From contig NC_134027.1 in NCBI RefSeq assembly GCF_964204645.1, positions 16,214,485 to 16,278,484 of the forward strand: DNA of 64,000 nt, read 5' to 3'. How positions within the stretch are numbered: the first letter of the stretch is position 1; every line of letters begins with the position of its first letter. The DNA is from Tubulanus polymorphus (lineage: Eukaryota > Animalia > Nemertea). Position numbers and translations under genes: made by a program. The notes under the pieces are model-generated. The model did no database searches and was not told the origin of the DNA. It saw only the letters and a program-made list of their open reading frames with translations. Below are positions 12,880-26,298 of this stretch, piece by piece.

Positions 12880-15461
12880 CTATAAACCAAACAAATACAC
12901 AAAAAGCCGTAATAAACAAATGCTAAACAATTAAGGCATATAATAAACAATAATGGTGCTGTCAAAAAGAAAATTATGAATAATTATGAATAATAATTAT
13001 GAATAATCTAAAAAATTTTATTGTAAGGAAAATTCAAAGATTGTGGGCAAAATATGAAATGAATGCGAAAAAGAAAAAAGACAAAAATTATTTTCTTCTA
13101 ACCATGTTCTATAGCCTGAGGTCTCTTAACAATGCAATAATTACATGCATCTGAATATAGATCAAATAGTGCTTTCTTTCTCAGAATGCTTTGTATGGTC
13201 TCATTAAGTAGTCACCATAGTTTTTGATACCAGAAATCATATCCTATAAAACTAAGGGACCAGGGACAAATGCCCAATTGGGGGGTGGTTTGAAATGCAA
13301 AAGAAACCTCAAAATTTCAATATTCAATCCCCCCGGTGAACATGAAAGAGGCATAGGATAACTATTGGGCGCTTACTTCCTGATACGATACGATGAGCTA
13401 TATCAAAATCAGCTTTCTGAAGCGAGAGGAACTTTCATTTTTCTCAGTTAAAAAGATTTTTCACATCACCACTGAATCAACACAATCCTTGAATATTCAT
13501 GTAACTAGATGCTCATTTCTAACAATCCACAGCTAACATAATCAGAAATATATAGCTCTTAACTAGGAGCTAAATATTCCATGACTTGTATGATCAGAGC
13601 CCTCTGAGCGTACATGTCGCCCAACCTAGTGTTTCACAATATGCATCAGAACCAATATAATAAACACATAAATTGTACATAATTCAATATTCCACCATAC
13701 CAAGACAACAGGGGGCCTGGGGATCTCCCCAAGAAGATTTTCAAAAATGAAGCCCACTAAATGCATCTTAAAGTCATGACACAACCATCCACTTTCAGGC
13801 ATAACCAGCAGAGATCAATTAGAGAGTTGTTATACAATCAAAGTTTTTAAAACAACATATTAACTTTTTGTGTGGACACAAAATGAGACAAAATTAAACA
13901 GCTGGCCTGAATGATCTTTAATACAACGATCCACTTTCAAGCACAAACAACACCAGATTTTGAAAATTAGAAATAGTAATAAACAACCAGTTTTTTAAAC
14001 ACTATATTAATATTTAAACCCATAGAGAAAAAAGCTAGCCCAAATCACACCCACATTGATATCCATACCTCTCTCTTCAGTCAAAATAGTATTTGAGAGC
14101 GCTGAATCTTACGTGGGAAATCCTGTTTTTCGAATGAGAACAAAAAATATTTTAAGACATAACGCACTAAAAATGTCGATCCAGAATTTATCCTGACACT
14201 TTTAGGAGGAAACACATGCACCGCACTCCCCTAAATCTGTCCCTGAAAACCTGTTGATTTTTTTAGACAAAACCTTTATCCATCCACGAATGCAGACTGG
14301 TGACACTAAGATAGACAGAGATTGCATGACAATTGATTGATCAAATAATTTGCCACAGGTAAAGCGGTTTACCTTTCTAGTATCTAGAAGAACGTACAAT
14401 TATACATGTATTCATTTTAAAAGTTTTCACTTGCGTGTTGTTAGTTTTGGTTTAAATATGTCCAAAAAACTATAAGGGCTCTGGAAAGCATGACACAAAA
14501 TTTGACATTGGCAATTCTTTGTATTTAGCATAAAAATCCAGGAAGCCAATTAAACAGTTCCGAAATTCTCATTTTAGGCCTACCAGCTCATTTTCTTCCT
14601 GATCAATGTGGCAATATTTTCCAATAGGTTTAGATTTTGTTCAATGCTCTATCCTCATTCCAGCAGTTTCAAACGGCATCTTGAATTGCAGACAGATGAT
14701 GAGACTGCACAAATACTCATCAGAGAGTGACAAACCATAGTTTATAGACTTTTTGAAACTGCCATATAATATATTTTTAGAACAAATAAACGTTGAATAT
14801 TGTATCATACGGGGATCCCCTACAATGTTGAGGTGTCCGAACTGGATATTTTCTGAAAATTGATCAAAATGTAGGTGAAGAAAATAAAAATATCAAAACT
14901 TTATTGGCAATGAGACCTGACTTTGTAATCCAAAATCAGAATTTTTGCTAGTATGGCCATTCCTCCAGCTTTAAGGGGCAATCATTGCGATACGCCCAAG
15001 AAACAAACAGTTTCGAGGAGACGAATGTTCAAAGATTCCCGTCTCCCTGTACTCCTGTCAAGCGGGCCTCTCATTTAATGAGTACACCAATTGATTTGTA
15101 CGGAGACAAAACACAAATGTGAGTACCGCGTGTTTGGCTGCTAAGAAGCTAGTAAAAGGCTCAAAAATAGCCCATTGACGACATTGGTGAGTATCAATTT
15201 TCAAAATTTCAATGCACAAGGAATCTTAATTTCATTTCACTACTTGAAATATTTATAATTCATTATGTGGAATAATAACAAGATAACGCTCCCTTTTAGA
15301 AAAAAGTTTGTTCAACAATAAATGAAATGAACCTTACAAGAATAGGAATGAAGAAAGGCAGCACAAGTGAGAAAACGAAAGAGTTTGTGAATAGTGTATA
15401 TTGTTATATATCTGTTTATTTCTTAGAGGTTAAATTTAGGTAAAAGTCTTTGGCGTGAGGT

Positions 15462-15897
15462 TCAACCCAGTTTTTCTGCTATTTTTTTCAAAAAGTCAAC
15501 TTTTGCCTTATTAAGAGGTAGAGGGTATTCACTGTACAAAGGCTTTGTTTGAAGGGGTAGATCGTCCAAATCCAATCCCTCTTTATGATAATCAACCTTC
15601 ATGGGTGTATTAGTTAAATCGTATGAAGCTGACGACACGCCGTACTGCTGTGATTCACGGTCTGTAAAAGAGAAGCAACTTTGGATTAGAAGCATGTGGA
15701 ATTTTTTTTCTAGAAAAAAAAACCTCAGTTAATTAACTAATTTACCTGGATCTGACCATTCAAAGCCTCTTTCCTGGTTCCAAAATTAATCCATTTTGTG
15801 TCTGCCAATACTGTTGGTATTGCTGAATTTTCAGCTTTTCCATTGGAAAAGACTTAGCCATGAACGAAAGTCGTGAAATTCATCTTGTTGTACCCGG

Positions 15898-15928
<31 letters not shown>

Positions 15929-16760
15929 TGAATACGACCTTTTACTTTTACTTAACCATAAAATACTTTGCCCGCTGCAGTTTCAGCCCAAATGATTAGG
16001 TTGTCAGCACCTAAAGGAAAAGATATGAATGTACTTTATATCGGGTTACTATCAATTGAAACAGTACTCTATAGAGAATATGACATTTGAAAAATCAACT
16101 TACCAGTGTTCCCGTAACTAGTTTTATTCAACATAACATCAATCATGCTGATTACTTCATCATCCCCTTTACCAGCGGAATACATGAAACACTTGATGTT
16201 TTGGTGGAATCCAGAATAAATTCCAAAATAAAAAGTATATAATTGTCTCATGTAGTAGATTGATTGGGTTGGCATTTTTGGGCATGGTAAATTTTTCTGG
16301 ATATCAATTTGGAATGATGTGACTGCCTTTTTAAAAGCACGGTGCAAAATAACGTTTCACAAAGATAATCTGTCATACAAACAAATGCATACCCAAGGTC
16401 AGAGACCCAAACAATAGACACAAGTGCATTAACACCTGTGGCCATGTCTGAGGTAGTCCTGCGGTTTGACATTTCACATATTAATGGAATCATTCGAAGT
16501 TCCCCATGTGATAGAAAATTTTTAGCCGGTGTACCTATGCAATCCATAATATGATTTGAAGAAATACAACAAATTTAAAAGTTAAAAACTGGATTTGTTT
16601 CAGATCGGAATTTTCAAGGGGACATAACATTCGGAGATACCAACATATGAGCGAATATGAGGGAATTCTTATAACAAACACTTTGACAATGGTCATATAT
16701 GTAGAAAAGTCTGAAATGTCACATCTCTTTAGTTTTTTGAGTTGAAAATTTTTTTTTTTC
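15462..16760 (-). pseudogene. Heavily decayed DDE transposase, probably Sola-like
   Basis: Fragments IDIQKNLPCPKMPTQSIYYMRQLYTFYFGIY, GKGDDEVISMI, DNLIIWAE..AG, and C-terminal LY..PLPLNKAKVDFL; multiple frameshifts and introns; termini not identified. Confidence 0.55.
15897..15923. repeat. (AT)n microsatellite
   Basis: Perfect TA run. Confidence 0.9.
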
Positions 16761-18024
16761 AAAATAATATTTGGAGTGTTTTTTACATTTAATCTATGTG
16801 CATGTATTCTACAGGTTCTCGAGAGTGTAGGATTACAAAAATCAGATGGTCACATTGACACCATTATTAAAGCAGGTCAGCAGTACCTGAAACAAAAACG
16901 CTGCAAAAAAAGGTACAGGTAATTTAAAAAACAATGTATTTATTATCTCTATCGCCAATTAAATCATAAAAGAATAGATTGAAAATTTCAACACTATAAT
17001 ACAATACAATATCTATTTGTTGGCACGTACAATAATGTGTTTTACATTCAAATTATTGCAGCAGAAAGGTTGAGTCTCGATTCGTGGACCAGGCAACCCA
17101 GACTAATATCGATGGCCCCAAAAGGTATTGATTACATGCATGATTAAAAGAGCAATTATTTTCTACACATCATTTCCATGTGCGAGTTAAAATAAAATGC
17201 GATTTCATGTTCCACCATTATCTAAACATTGCAAATCTGAAAATCATGTTTGGAATTTTGCAGACAGACAATTGAGACTCAGACTGAGATGTCTGCAGAT
17301 GTAAGGTATTTACTCTTATCATTCAAGTGATTAGTAAAAGTGATTTATGCTAATTTTCCCTGTATATAATATAATAAAGGCTTTTAAAATTTCGTTCAGA
17401 TTTTTTACTGTGTGTAACGCTGCTGTTGAGTGAAAGTGAAAATAAACAAGAGGCCCATGGGCCTTGAAGCATTGGTAGATTATACTGTGGTATTAAGTGG
17501 TTATAATGTTTTACATCTGCCGGCAAATCTTCTATGACGATGTTGATTAGGAGGACCACAGACTTAAAGGTCTATTTGTCTTGTACGATTTTATTCCTGA
17601 AACGAGGCTATTTGTCAAGTTAAACCTCATTAATGCGATTCTGTTAAAAAGACGAAACTAGTTTATTCTGATGTTTTCCATCATGTCCCAGCCAAGATAT
17701 TTATATCAATCAAGATTTGGATACAAAAACCCATTTTTACGCATGAACTGTTAGGCCCCACTGAATAATGAAAACAAAAACAGAACAACTTTTCTGAATG
17801 CAATTGCAAGACCCTCTGATCTTAGCTCTGATGCATGTACGCATGCAAAACGTCGCAGAGAGCGATGCCGGCGTTGGTGTCACTGAGGCCGGCTGATGAT
17901 TGTTTGTGTTTTTGTTTGTTTTTCTTTATGTACGTTTGGATCTTGGTTTCCCAAGACTATTCCTATTGGATTGTTCATTTAACCTCACGACGGTACGGCC
18001 TTTGAAGTGTTGCCCGCACACTGT

Positions 18025-18117
18025 TTGCAGCCAGGAGGACTCGAACCCACTTGTCACTCAGCATTGATAGTGGATTCAACAGCATCACGCCTTATCTCAC
18101 TGAGCTACCGAGGCCGC
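18025..18117 (-). mobile_element. tRNA-derived SINE head / tRNA-like pseudogene
   Basis: Minus strand ggcctcggtagctcagtgag (A box) ... gggttcgagtcc (B box); acceptor and anticodon stems do not pair well. Confidence 0.55.
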
Positions 18118-18568
18118 TCGATTCAATTCCAAAAAACTAACTACAGCAGCGGCAAATAACCATCGCAATATTGCAATTTACGACAAACAATGCGTAAATT
18201 CAATTACTGTTGTTTAACGCATGGAAAAGATAATAAAAAGTATTTTTTCCCGGCGCGCATTGCAAAGCGAATCTCTGCCGAGTGCGTAAGAGGGTGCTAC
18301 CGCCTAATGAGTGCGCAGCAGGCGGGTAGGGCGTCCTTAAGTGAAAACTTATATTAGAATATAGCCGAATCGAATTTTACAATGTCAGTCAACTGATTGA
18401 TGATACAACATGGTTGTTCTCGGCGTACCTAACAATGATATTTTCCTCCAATAAACAACTCTGGTAAAATTGAATAAAATGATAGTAATAGGGAAAGTGG
18501 GCTTTCAGATCAGAGTACGAGAGTACCAGACACCACTCATCACCACAAGTAATTTTTTTTCCTTATAA

Positions 18569-21500
18569 ATGGGGGAGAATGAACACCAGCCAGAAAACAA
18601 TAATGTTAATAAAAATCAATATCATTGCCCATATTGTAAAAAATACATCGATAAATCTAATAAATCTAAACATGAAAAATCTTCAAATCATATAAAAAAT
18701 GTTATAGATTTTGAAACTCCAGAAAATTCCAATGAAAGAAAAGAACGATTAGAAAATATGAATGTGGATGAAATAAAATGTGAAGTTTGTGATGAATCTA
18801 TAACAAAAAGGAATTATAATAGACATCTCGAAACAGAAAAACACCGTCAAAATTTGAGAAATAATGTTTTAGGAATAGATTATTTTGATGATAAACCTCA
18901 ACAAGTAAAAAAACCAACTTCAAAAACTAAATCCATTTCAAATAAACCTTACATGGAAAATGTTAGAAATTATATTGATTCACTAGAAATAAAAGATACA
19001 ATTGAAATATTAGAAACATTACGCAGTAAAATTGGTCCTGCAGCTATTATATTTAGATTTTTTAAAGGTACACCAATAGAAGATAATAGTAAATTTAATG
19101 AAATAATAGAAAAAATACTAGATTTGATAACAGATGTTGAATATCCAAAAATTAGTATCTCTGGGAAAGTAAGTTTTTTAAAGTCAGAAGATAAAATGGA
19201 TTATAATATTCAAACACTCTCTGAAGAAATAATTTCAAAAACACAAATAAAAGAGTTAGAAAAACAAAAGTTAGAAAAAATATTAAATGAATTTAAACGT
19301 CATATTGAAGAAAGATATTTTGAGGGTTCTGGCTTAACATTGAATGAAATTATATTTTTAGATTTAAATGTTTATAATACAAAAAGAAATAAAACATCAA
19401 AAAGTAATAAAATGTTTAAAAAATGATTCAAACTTTACAACAGAAAAGGAGGATATTAAAGCATCATCTTATACTAAATTACCATTTACAACAAAAGCAG
19501 TAATAAATATTCAAAATGAAGATAATAAATGTTTTTTATGGTCAATTATTAGTTGCTTACATCCAACACAGGAAAATGTTTGTAGAATAACAGATTACCG
19601 GAAATATGAAACATTATATAAAATTGATCAATATCCAGTAACTATAAAAATGATTCCTAAAATAGAAAAAGTTAATAATTTAAAAATAAATGTATTCGAA
19701 TTAAATCAATTACCAAAGACAAAAGGTGAAAATATTAAAGATTACACATTGGAAGCTTTATATTTAACAGAATATTATGATGATGAAAATGCTATAGATT
19801 TGTTATATCACAAAAAAGATGAAAATGAACATTATATGTGGTTAAAACAAATTGATTTATTCTTCAGAACAGAAAGTGATCATCATCATAAAATTTATCT
19901 ATGTAGAAAATGTTTATCTAAATTTATGACTGAGAATACATTATTAAAACATAAAGAATTATGTGATAATAAAGATTTTTGTGAATTAATAATGCCAACA
20001 GAAAAAGATTATAAATTGAAATTTACTAATCATAAATTTAAGAATATTGTTCCATTTGTAATTTTATGGGGATTTTGAATCGTTGAATAAAGAATTAACC
20101 GATCAAGATAGAAAAGAAATATATAAAAAAAAGCAATTATTAAAATCAATGGATAAAGGAAATGAATTAAATGAAGAAACAACACAAGACCCGCCAATTA
20201 TAAATACAATTAGAAAAGTTCATCAAAGAGCTGCTGCTTATGGAATTTACATCAAATCAAATTATCCCGAATTATATGAAAGTCAATATATTTCTTTTAG
20301 AGGTGAAGATGTAGTTAATGGTTTTTGTGACAAAATGATTGAATTAGAAAGTGATTTTGCAAAATTATTAAACAAAAATAAAAGAATAGTTATGACAAAA
20401 GAAGATGAAATTGATCTTAATTATGCAACTCATTGTTGTTATTGTGAAAAACGTTTTTATTCATTTCATAAAAAAGTTAGAGATCATAATCATTTAAATT
20501 CAAAATATCGTGGAGCTGCTCATGAAGATTGTAATTTAAGAGCTAAGAAAGTTAATTTCGTACCAATATTATTTCATAATTTATCAGGCTATGATACCCA
20601 TCAATTTATAAAACAATTATCAGGGAAATTGGGTACAATTAATCAAGAAATTGAAGAATATAATGCTATGAATGGCGTAAATGTAAGAAAATATGATTTT
20701 AAACTATTAGCTAAAACATCTGAAAATTATATTTCATTTCAATTTGGTTGCATTAGATTTTTAGATTCCTATAGATTTCTAGCAAGTTCATTAGATAATT
20801 TATCGAAAAGTTTAGTTGATAATGATTTTGTTATAACTCGATATTATTATCCAAATGAACAAGATTTTAAATTATTGAGATATAAAGGTGCAATTCCTTA
20901 TTCATTTTATAAAACACACAATGATTTTAATGTAACAGAATTATTAAAAGATCAATTTTATGATCAATTAAAAGAGGAGTATGTGAAAGACGAAGTGTTT
21001 AATAGAACATTAAATATTTGGAACCATTTTAAGATGAAAAATCATGGTGAATTAGTTGATTTATATTTAAAATCAGATGTCATGATATTGGCTGACATAT
21101 TTGAAAAATTTAGAGAAGTTAATTTGAATCATTTTAATGTTGATCCTTGTTATTGCTACTCTAGTCCTGGTTTAACCTGGCAATGTGGTTTAAAATACAC
21201 AAATGTAGAATTAGATTTATTAAAAGAACCAGACATGGTTCTATTATTTGAAAAATCAATTAGAGGTGGAATTAGTGGTGTTATGGGAGATAGATATTTT
21301 AAAGCAAATGATGAATATAAATTATTATATATTGATGCCAATAATTTATATGGTTGGGCAATGATGCAACCTCAACCATATAAAATTTTTATATTAACAG
21401 AAGTTGAAAATAAAACTGATTGGGAAAGCGCAATTGCGAGTTTAAAAGATGAAGCACCAATTGGTTATTTCTTTGTAGTTGATTTAGAATATCCTGAAAA

Positions 21501-23613
21501 TATAAAGTTTAAAACAAGAAACCTACCTTATTGCCCAGAACATTTAACCGTAGATGATAGTTATTTAAGTGAATATCAGTAGAAAATAAAACCGAAAGAT
21601 CATGTTTTTACAGAAAATTAATACTTACTCAAAATAATAAATACAATTATATTGTTCATTATAGAATGTTAAAATTTTATCTAAAACAAGGAATGAAATT
21701 AAAGAAAGTACATAGATATATTGAATTTAATCAATCGAAGTGGTTAGAAAAATATATAGATTTCAATACTCAACAGAGAACAATATCTAAAACAGATTTT
21801 GAAAAAGATATTTTTAAATTAATGAACAATAGTTTTTATGGAAAAACATGTGAAAATATTAGAAATAGAAATGATATAGAATTAGTAAATAATTCTGAAC
21901 GATTGAGGCATTTACAATCAAGCCCTAGACATTTAGGAAATAAAAGATTTGAAGATTATCTAACCGCAGTAAAATTAAAAAGAACGTCAATGAAATTTAA
22001 TAAACCTATATTCATTGGTTCAACTGTTTTAGAAGTATCAAAATTATTAATGTATGATTTTTATTATTATGTTTTACAACCACTTTTTGGGGAAAAACAT
22101 ATAGAAATCTTATATTTTGATTATGTTACAGCTGACACCCCAATATTATTAAAATACAATAACCAAATATTAATTAGAAGAATTTCAGAAATAATTCCAA
22201 AGCAAAATGAACGTTATATTTCATATGGTGAAAAAGAATTAATACAAATAAATGGTTTAATGGATGTTTGGACAAGAAATGGATGGAAAAAATTAAAGAA
22301 TATTATTAGGCATAAAACAAATAAGAAAATCTATACAGTTAGAACTAAATTAGGGTTTTTTAGATGTTACAGAAGATCATAGTTTAATTAAACGAAATGG
22401 CGATGAAATAAAACCAACTGATATAAAAATTGGAGATGAATTATTACATAAAAGATTTTACCCAAGAATGAATCATATGCCATTCGACGAAATTATTGAT
22501 AATATTTATAATATAGAACCTGAAACATTAGAAGAAAAAGAATATTTTATCAAAGGATTTTTCATGGGTGATGGTTCGGCAGGTGTGTATAATTATGTTT
22601 GGAGTAATAAGTATTGTTGGTATTTATGCAATCAAGACTTGAAATTATTAGAAAGAATTAAGAAATTCTATGAAGAAGTTTATTCACATAAAACATTTAG
22701 AATCATGGATGTTATGAAATCATCAGCAGTTTATAGAATACTTGTAAATAATCCTAAAGATTTTGCTATAAAATATAATGATGAATTCTATATTCATGCA
22801 ATAGTGAACAGTAATACTTCAACAAAAGAAAAGATAGTTCCAGATTATGTATTAAATGCTAAAGATACTTTAAGAAAATGGTTCTTCATTGGATTCTATC
22901 CTGCAGATGGTTCAAAAAGTTTCAAAACCGCAAAATAATATCTTTAGCTCAAAAAGGAAAAGTTGCTATATCAGGATTGAATATATTATGCAATTCATTA
23001 GGTTTTAATATGAATATTGGATTGATTAAATGTAGAAAATGAGTTAACAGAAGAAGTTAAAGATTTATATGAAATATATAACCCAACAGATTATGTTTAT
23101 GATTTATCAACTGAAGATGGTACATTTAACTGTGGATTTCCATTAAAAACGGTCAATACGGATGCATACATACTAAAAATCAAGACAAATGACATAACAA
23201 AAGACTTAAAAACATTAAAACATTATTTTGATTTTAGCAATTATCCCAAAGATCATGAACTATTTAGCAATGATAATAAAAAGATTCCTGGTAAATGTAA
23301 AGATGAATTAGGGGGTGATGAAATGATTGAATTTGTTGGGATAAGAAGTAAAATGTATAGTTACAGAACAAAAGATCATGAAGCTAAAAAGTTAAAAGGA
23401 ATAACAAAACATGTGGTTAATAAACATATAGAATTTCAAGATTATATAAAGTGTTTATATAACTCAATTGTAATGAAACACAAAATGAATTGTTTAAGAT
23501 CAGAAGATCACGAGATGTAAATTAATGAAGTTGAAAAAACTAGTTTGAATCCATTTGATGATAAAAGGCATATTTTAGATGATGGTATAAAAACATTACC
23601 TTATGGTTATTAA
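18569..23613 (+). pseudogene. Protein-primed family B DNA polymerase (pPolB), intein-containing
   Basis: ExoI VIYGDFES (frameshifted ~20063), ExoII FHNLSGYD, ExoIII YLKSDV, motif A YIDANNLYGWAM, motif B KLMNNSFYGK, motif C YFD^TDA, KLKGI, C-terminal DDKR..TLPYGY*; frameshifts at ~19420, ~20063, ~21615 and stops at 21580, 23518. Confidence 0.93.
22122..23157 (+). mobile_element. Intein with LAGLIDADG homing endonuclease (decayed) inside pPolB motif C
   Basis: Block A YVTADTPILL, block B VTEDHSL (TxxH), LAGLIDADG-like GFFMGDG and GFYPADG, block H-like KGKVAISGLNILCNSLG, block F/G YVYDLSTEDGTFNCGFPLKTVN then +1 Thr; removing it restores ILYFD-TDA. Confidence 0.9.
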
Positions 23614-24658
23614 AATGGATCAATATCATCAAACTCGAAATCACTATTGGTTTCTTCTTTTTCATTTAATTGTTCTTGTATAATTTGTTTAGGTTCTTCC
23701 ATTTCATTTTTCTCATTTAAATAAAGTTCTATCTTGTACCACATTTCATCTAGCTCTCTTTGTTTCTTTTTGTTCGTTAATTCATCAAATGGAATTATAA
23801 TATCGATGTTTAAATAATTTACAATCTTATTTAAAAAGAATTCATAATTAATTGAATCTGTTATTCTATTATCCACATAATATCTTAATATTTGTTTGAA
23901 TGTTTCTTTTATATTTTCCATATCTTTTTCTGTTAATTTAGGTTTTTTATAATAATCGTTAAATAATAAATATAAATACATTTTCTTTTCTTGTGTGTTA
24001 AATGTTGATGGAATAATTGTTTTTATTATATCTTTTTTAGTTATTTCACCATTTTTATTTTCTATTATTTTCATTTTTTCAAGCCATTGCTTATATTCTG
24101 GTGTATGATCTTCCATAGAAAATATCTTAAATATTTCATCTAGATAATTTAATTTTGGTTCTATAAGAATATTTCTAGTTTTTTCATCACCCCATAAATT
24201 CTTTTGCCATCCACATTCATTACAAAATATCACCTTCTTGTCTTAAGTACTCATAAATACATTTTGGGCATTTTTGTCTATCATTTCTTAGTAATAGATC
24301 ATCGTTAAGCTCTTGGTATTTTCTTACGTTTTCTTTATGTTTTATTGTTCTATTATGTAGATTTGAATTACTTGTTGTAATAATCAATTTACAATATTTA
24401 CAATAATATGTTTTTCTTGTTAATTAATTATATTGTTTTTCTAACTTTTCAACTGTTTCTTTATTATCTGGTAACGTTTTCTCATATTTTATTTTTTCTA
24501 ATAAACTATTTTTTCTTTCATTGAATTCTGCTTCAAATTTATTAGAAATTTTATCTATATGTATTTTACGAAATTGATGATTCTCCCAAGCTTCTATATT
24601 TTCAGGACTAAATTTCATTCGACAAAGCTCGCAGAAATGATCTTTCGTATTAACACAT
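23610..24658 (-). pseudogene. Polinton hypothetical protein with N-terminal Cys/His zinc-finger-like motifs
   Basis: ORF pieces 24424-24618 and 23610-24233 plus FCELC..H, YCKYC..H..H, CPKC/CNEC motifs; acidic C-terminus; disrupted. Confidence 0.6.
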
Positions 24659-24877
24659 TATTAATTATATTTTCACATTAAACTCAAATTAATTTGAGTT
24701 TATATTACGCGGTAACCAATAAAGAAAAATTACATCTATACAAACCTAAATTATCAGATTATTATACCCCAAGTAAAGAACAACAGAAATATGAAATAAT
24801 ATGGATTTTAGGTGGAACAGTTATTGTTATATTTGTAGCATATAAATTTACTAATTAGTAATTTTTTTTCTAAATAA

Positions 24878-25305
24878 ATGGATGATAAAGTTGATAATAT
24901 TGATATTATTCCTCATGATAAATAAATAAAACAAAATTAAAAATATATTTAGAAAAACAAATATTAGAATTTGAAAATGAATTAAAAATTAAAAAGAAAA
25001 AATATTTAAAAAGTAAAATTATATATTATTTGATTAAAGTGGTTCGGTTACAATTAGTTCTGTAATAACATTTCTAGCAATATTCAGCCCACCTTTAGCT
25101 ATATCAATTGGCGTATTAGGATTAAGTTCAAGTGTATTAACCGGTATAAGTTCAAAATTAGATATAAAAAGTAATAAAGAAAAAATTAAAACTAATATAA
25201 AAGAAATTAATAAATTAAAAAATACACTAGATTATATAATAAGTTTAAATGGTCATATAACAGTTGAAGAACAAGATAAATTATAAAAAGAATTAATAAA
25301 TTATT
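24878..25305 (+). pseudogene. Small Polinton coiled-coil + two-transmembrane protein, disrupted
   Basis: TAAATG start; hydrophobic stretches VTISSVITFLAIFSPTLAISIGVLGLSSSVLTGIS flanked by K/E-rich helices; frameshifts. Confidence 0.5.
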
Positions 25306-25323
25306 AATTTTTTAATTATATAA

Positions 25324-26288
25324 ATGGTAGATAGTTTTCCAAAAGCTTTCCAATATTATAAATCAATTAAATATAATATTCCAGCAATAGATATTAATAA
25401 AGATATTTCATATAGAAATGAAGTTTTAAATTCATTAATTGATTTATATATTTATGTTACTGAAACTAATTATTTTAATGTTAAGATGGAAAATATATTT
25501 CATGTGCATACAATTAATTTCAAAAATTTAAATGAGGCAAAACAATGGTTATTAAAAGAACACTAAATTGGAATGAATTACCAAAATATTATAATAATAT
25601 ACAACAACAAAACAATAATGGTTGTATTAATTTCATTTTAGAAAAAAGTGAAGGTTTTACTAAAGCTGGAATACAAAGAATAAATCAATCTATTAGAACT
25701 TATTTAATTTGTATTTTAGGCGCGCAAGTTGAAACAAGATCCCCAATAATTGGAAATTTTAATACATCATTTGATATACAGAAACAATTTAAAGTATTAT
25801 TTGAAGATTCAATTCATAATGATAAAAATAGATCGATTCCAGAAAACATTGTAAGATATCAAAATTATTTAGATAAATCTCATGTAAGACTAAATTATTG
25901 CATAGGCCCTAATCTATTAATTATTTCTAATGATTTAGTATTAAAGATGGGAAATATAATTGGTTATAATAATCTAATTAAAACTGCAACAATAAATAAT
26001 TCATTTGGATTGAATGATATAAATAAAAAGATTATTACTGCTCCAAAATTAATGGAAGGTGAAAAAAATAAAAAACATATTCAATCAACAGAAACTAAAA
26101 CTAAGAATATTAAATTGAATAATGATTCTAAAATAAAAGATTACAATACATCAGAAGATATAAAAACTGATAATATTCAACATGAAATAATTAAACTAAA
26201 TGATGATAATAAATCCCATGAAAATGCTAAATTAGCTTTAACTTGTATAGGAATTGTAATCGGAGGAATATTATATTTTAAATTTTAA
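25324..26288 (+). pseudogene. Polinton hypothetical protein with C-terminal membrane anchor (one frameshift)
   Basis: Overlapping ORFs 25324-25566 and 25545-26288; GFTKAGIQRINQSIRTYLICILGAQ core; ends ALTCIGIVIGGILYFKF. Confidence 0.6.
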
Positions 26289-26298
26289 TTTTTTTATT

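Noticed and set aside
18025-18117. Functional tRNA gene
   Set aside because: A and B boxes are present but cloverleaf stems are not convincingly paired; SINE-like.
22122-23157. Hedgehog-type Hint domain or a spliceosomal intron
   Set aside because: It contains LAGLIDADG motifs, ends Asn/Thr, has no GT-AG boundaries, and sits exactly in a polymerase active-site motif.
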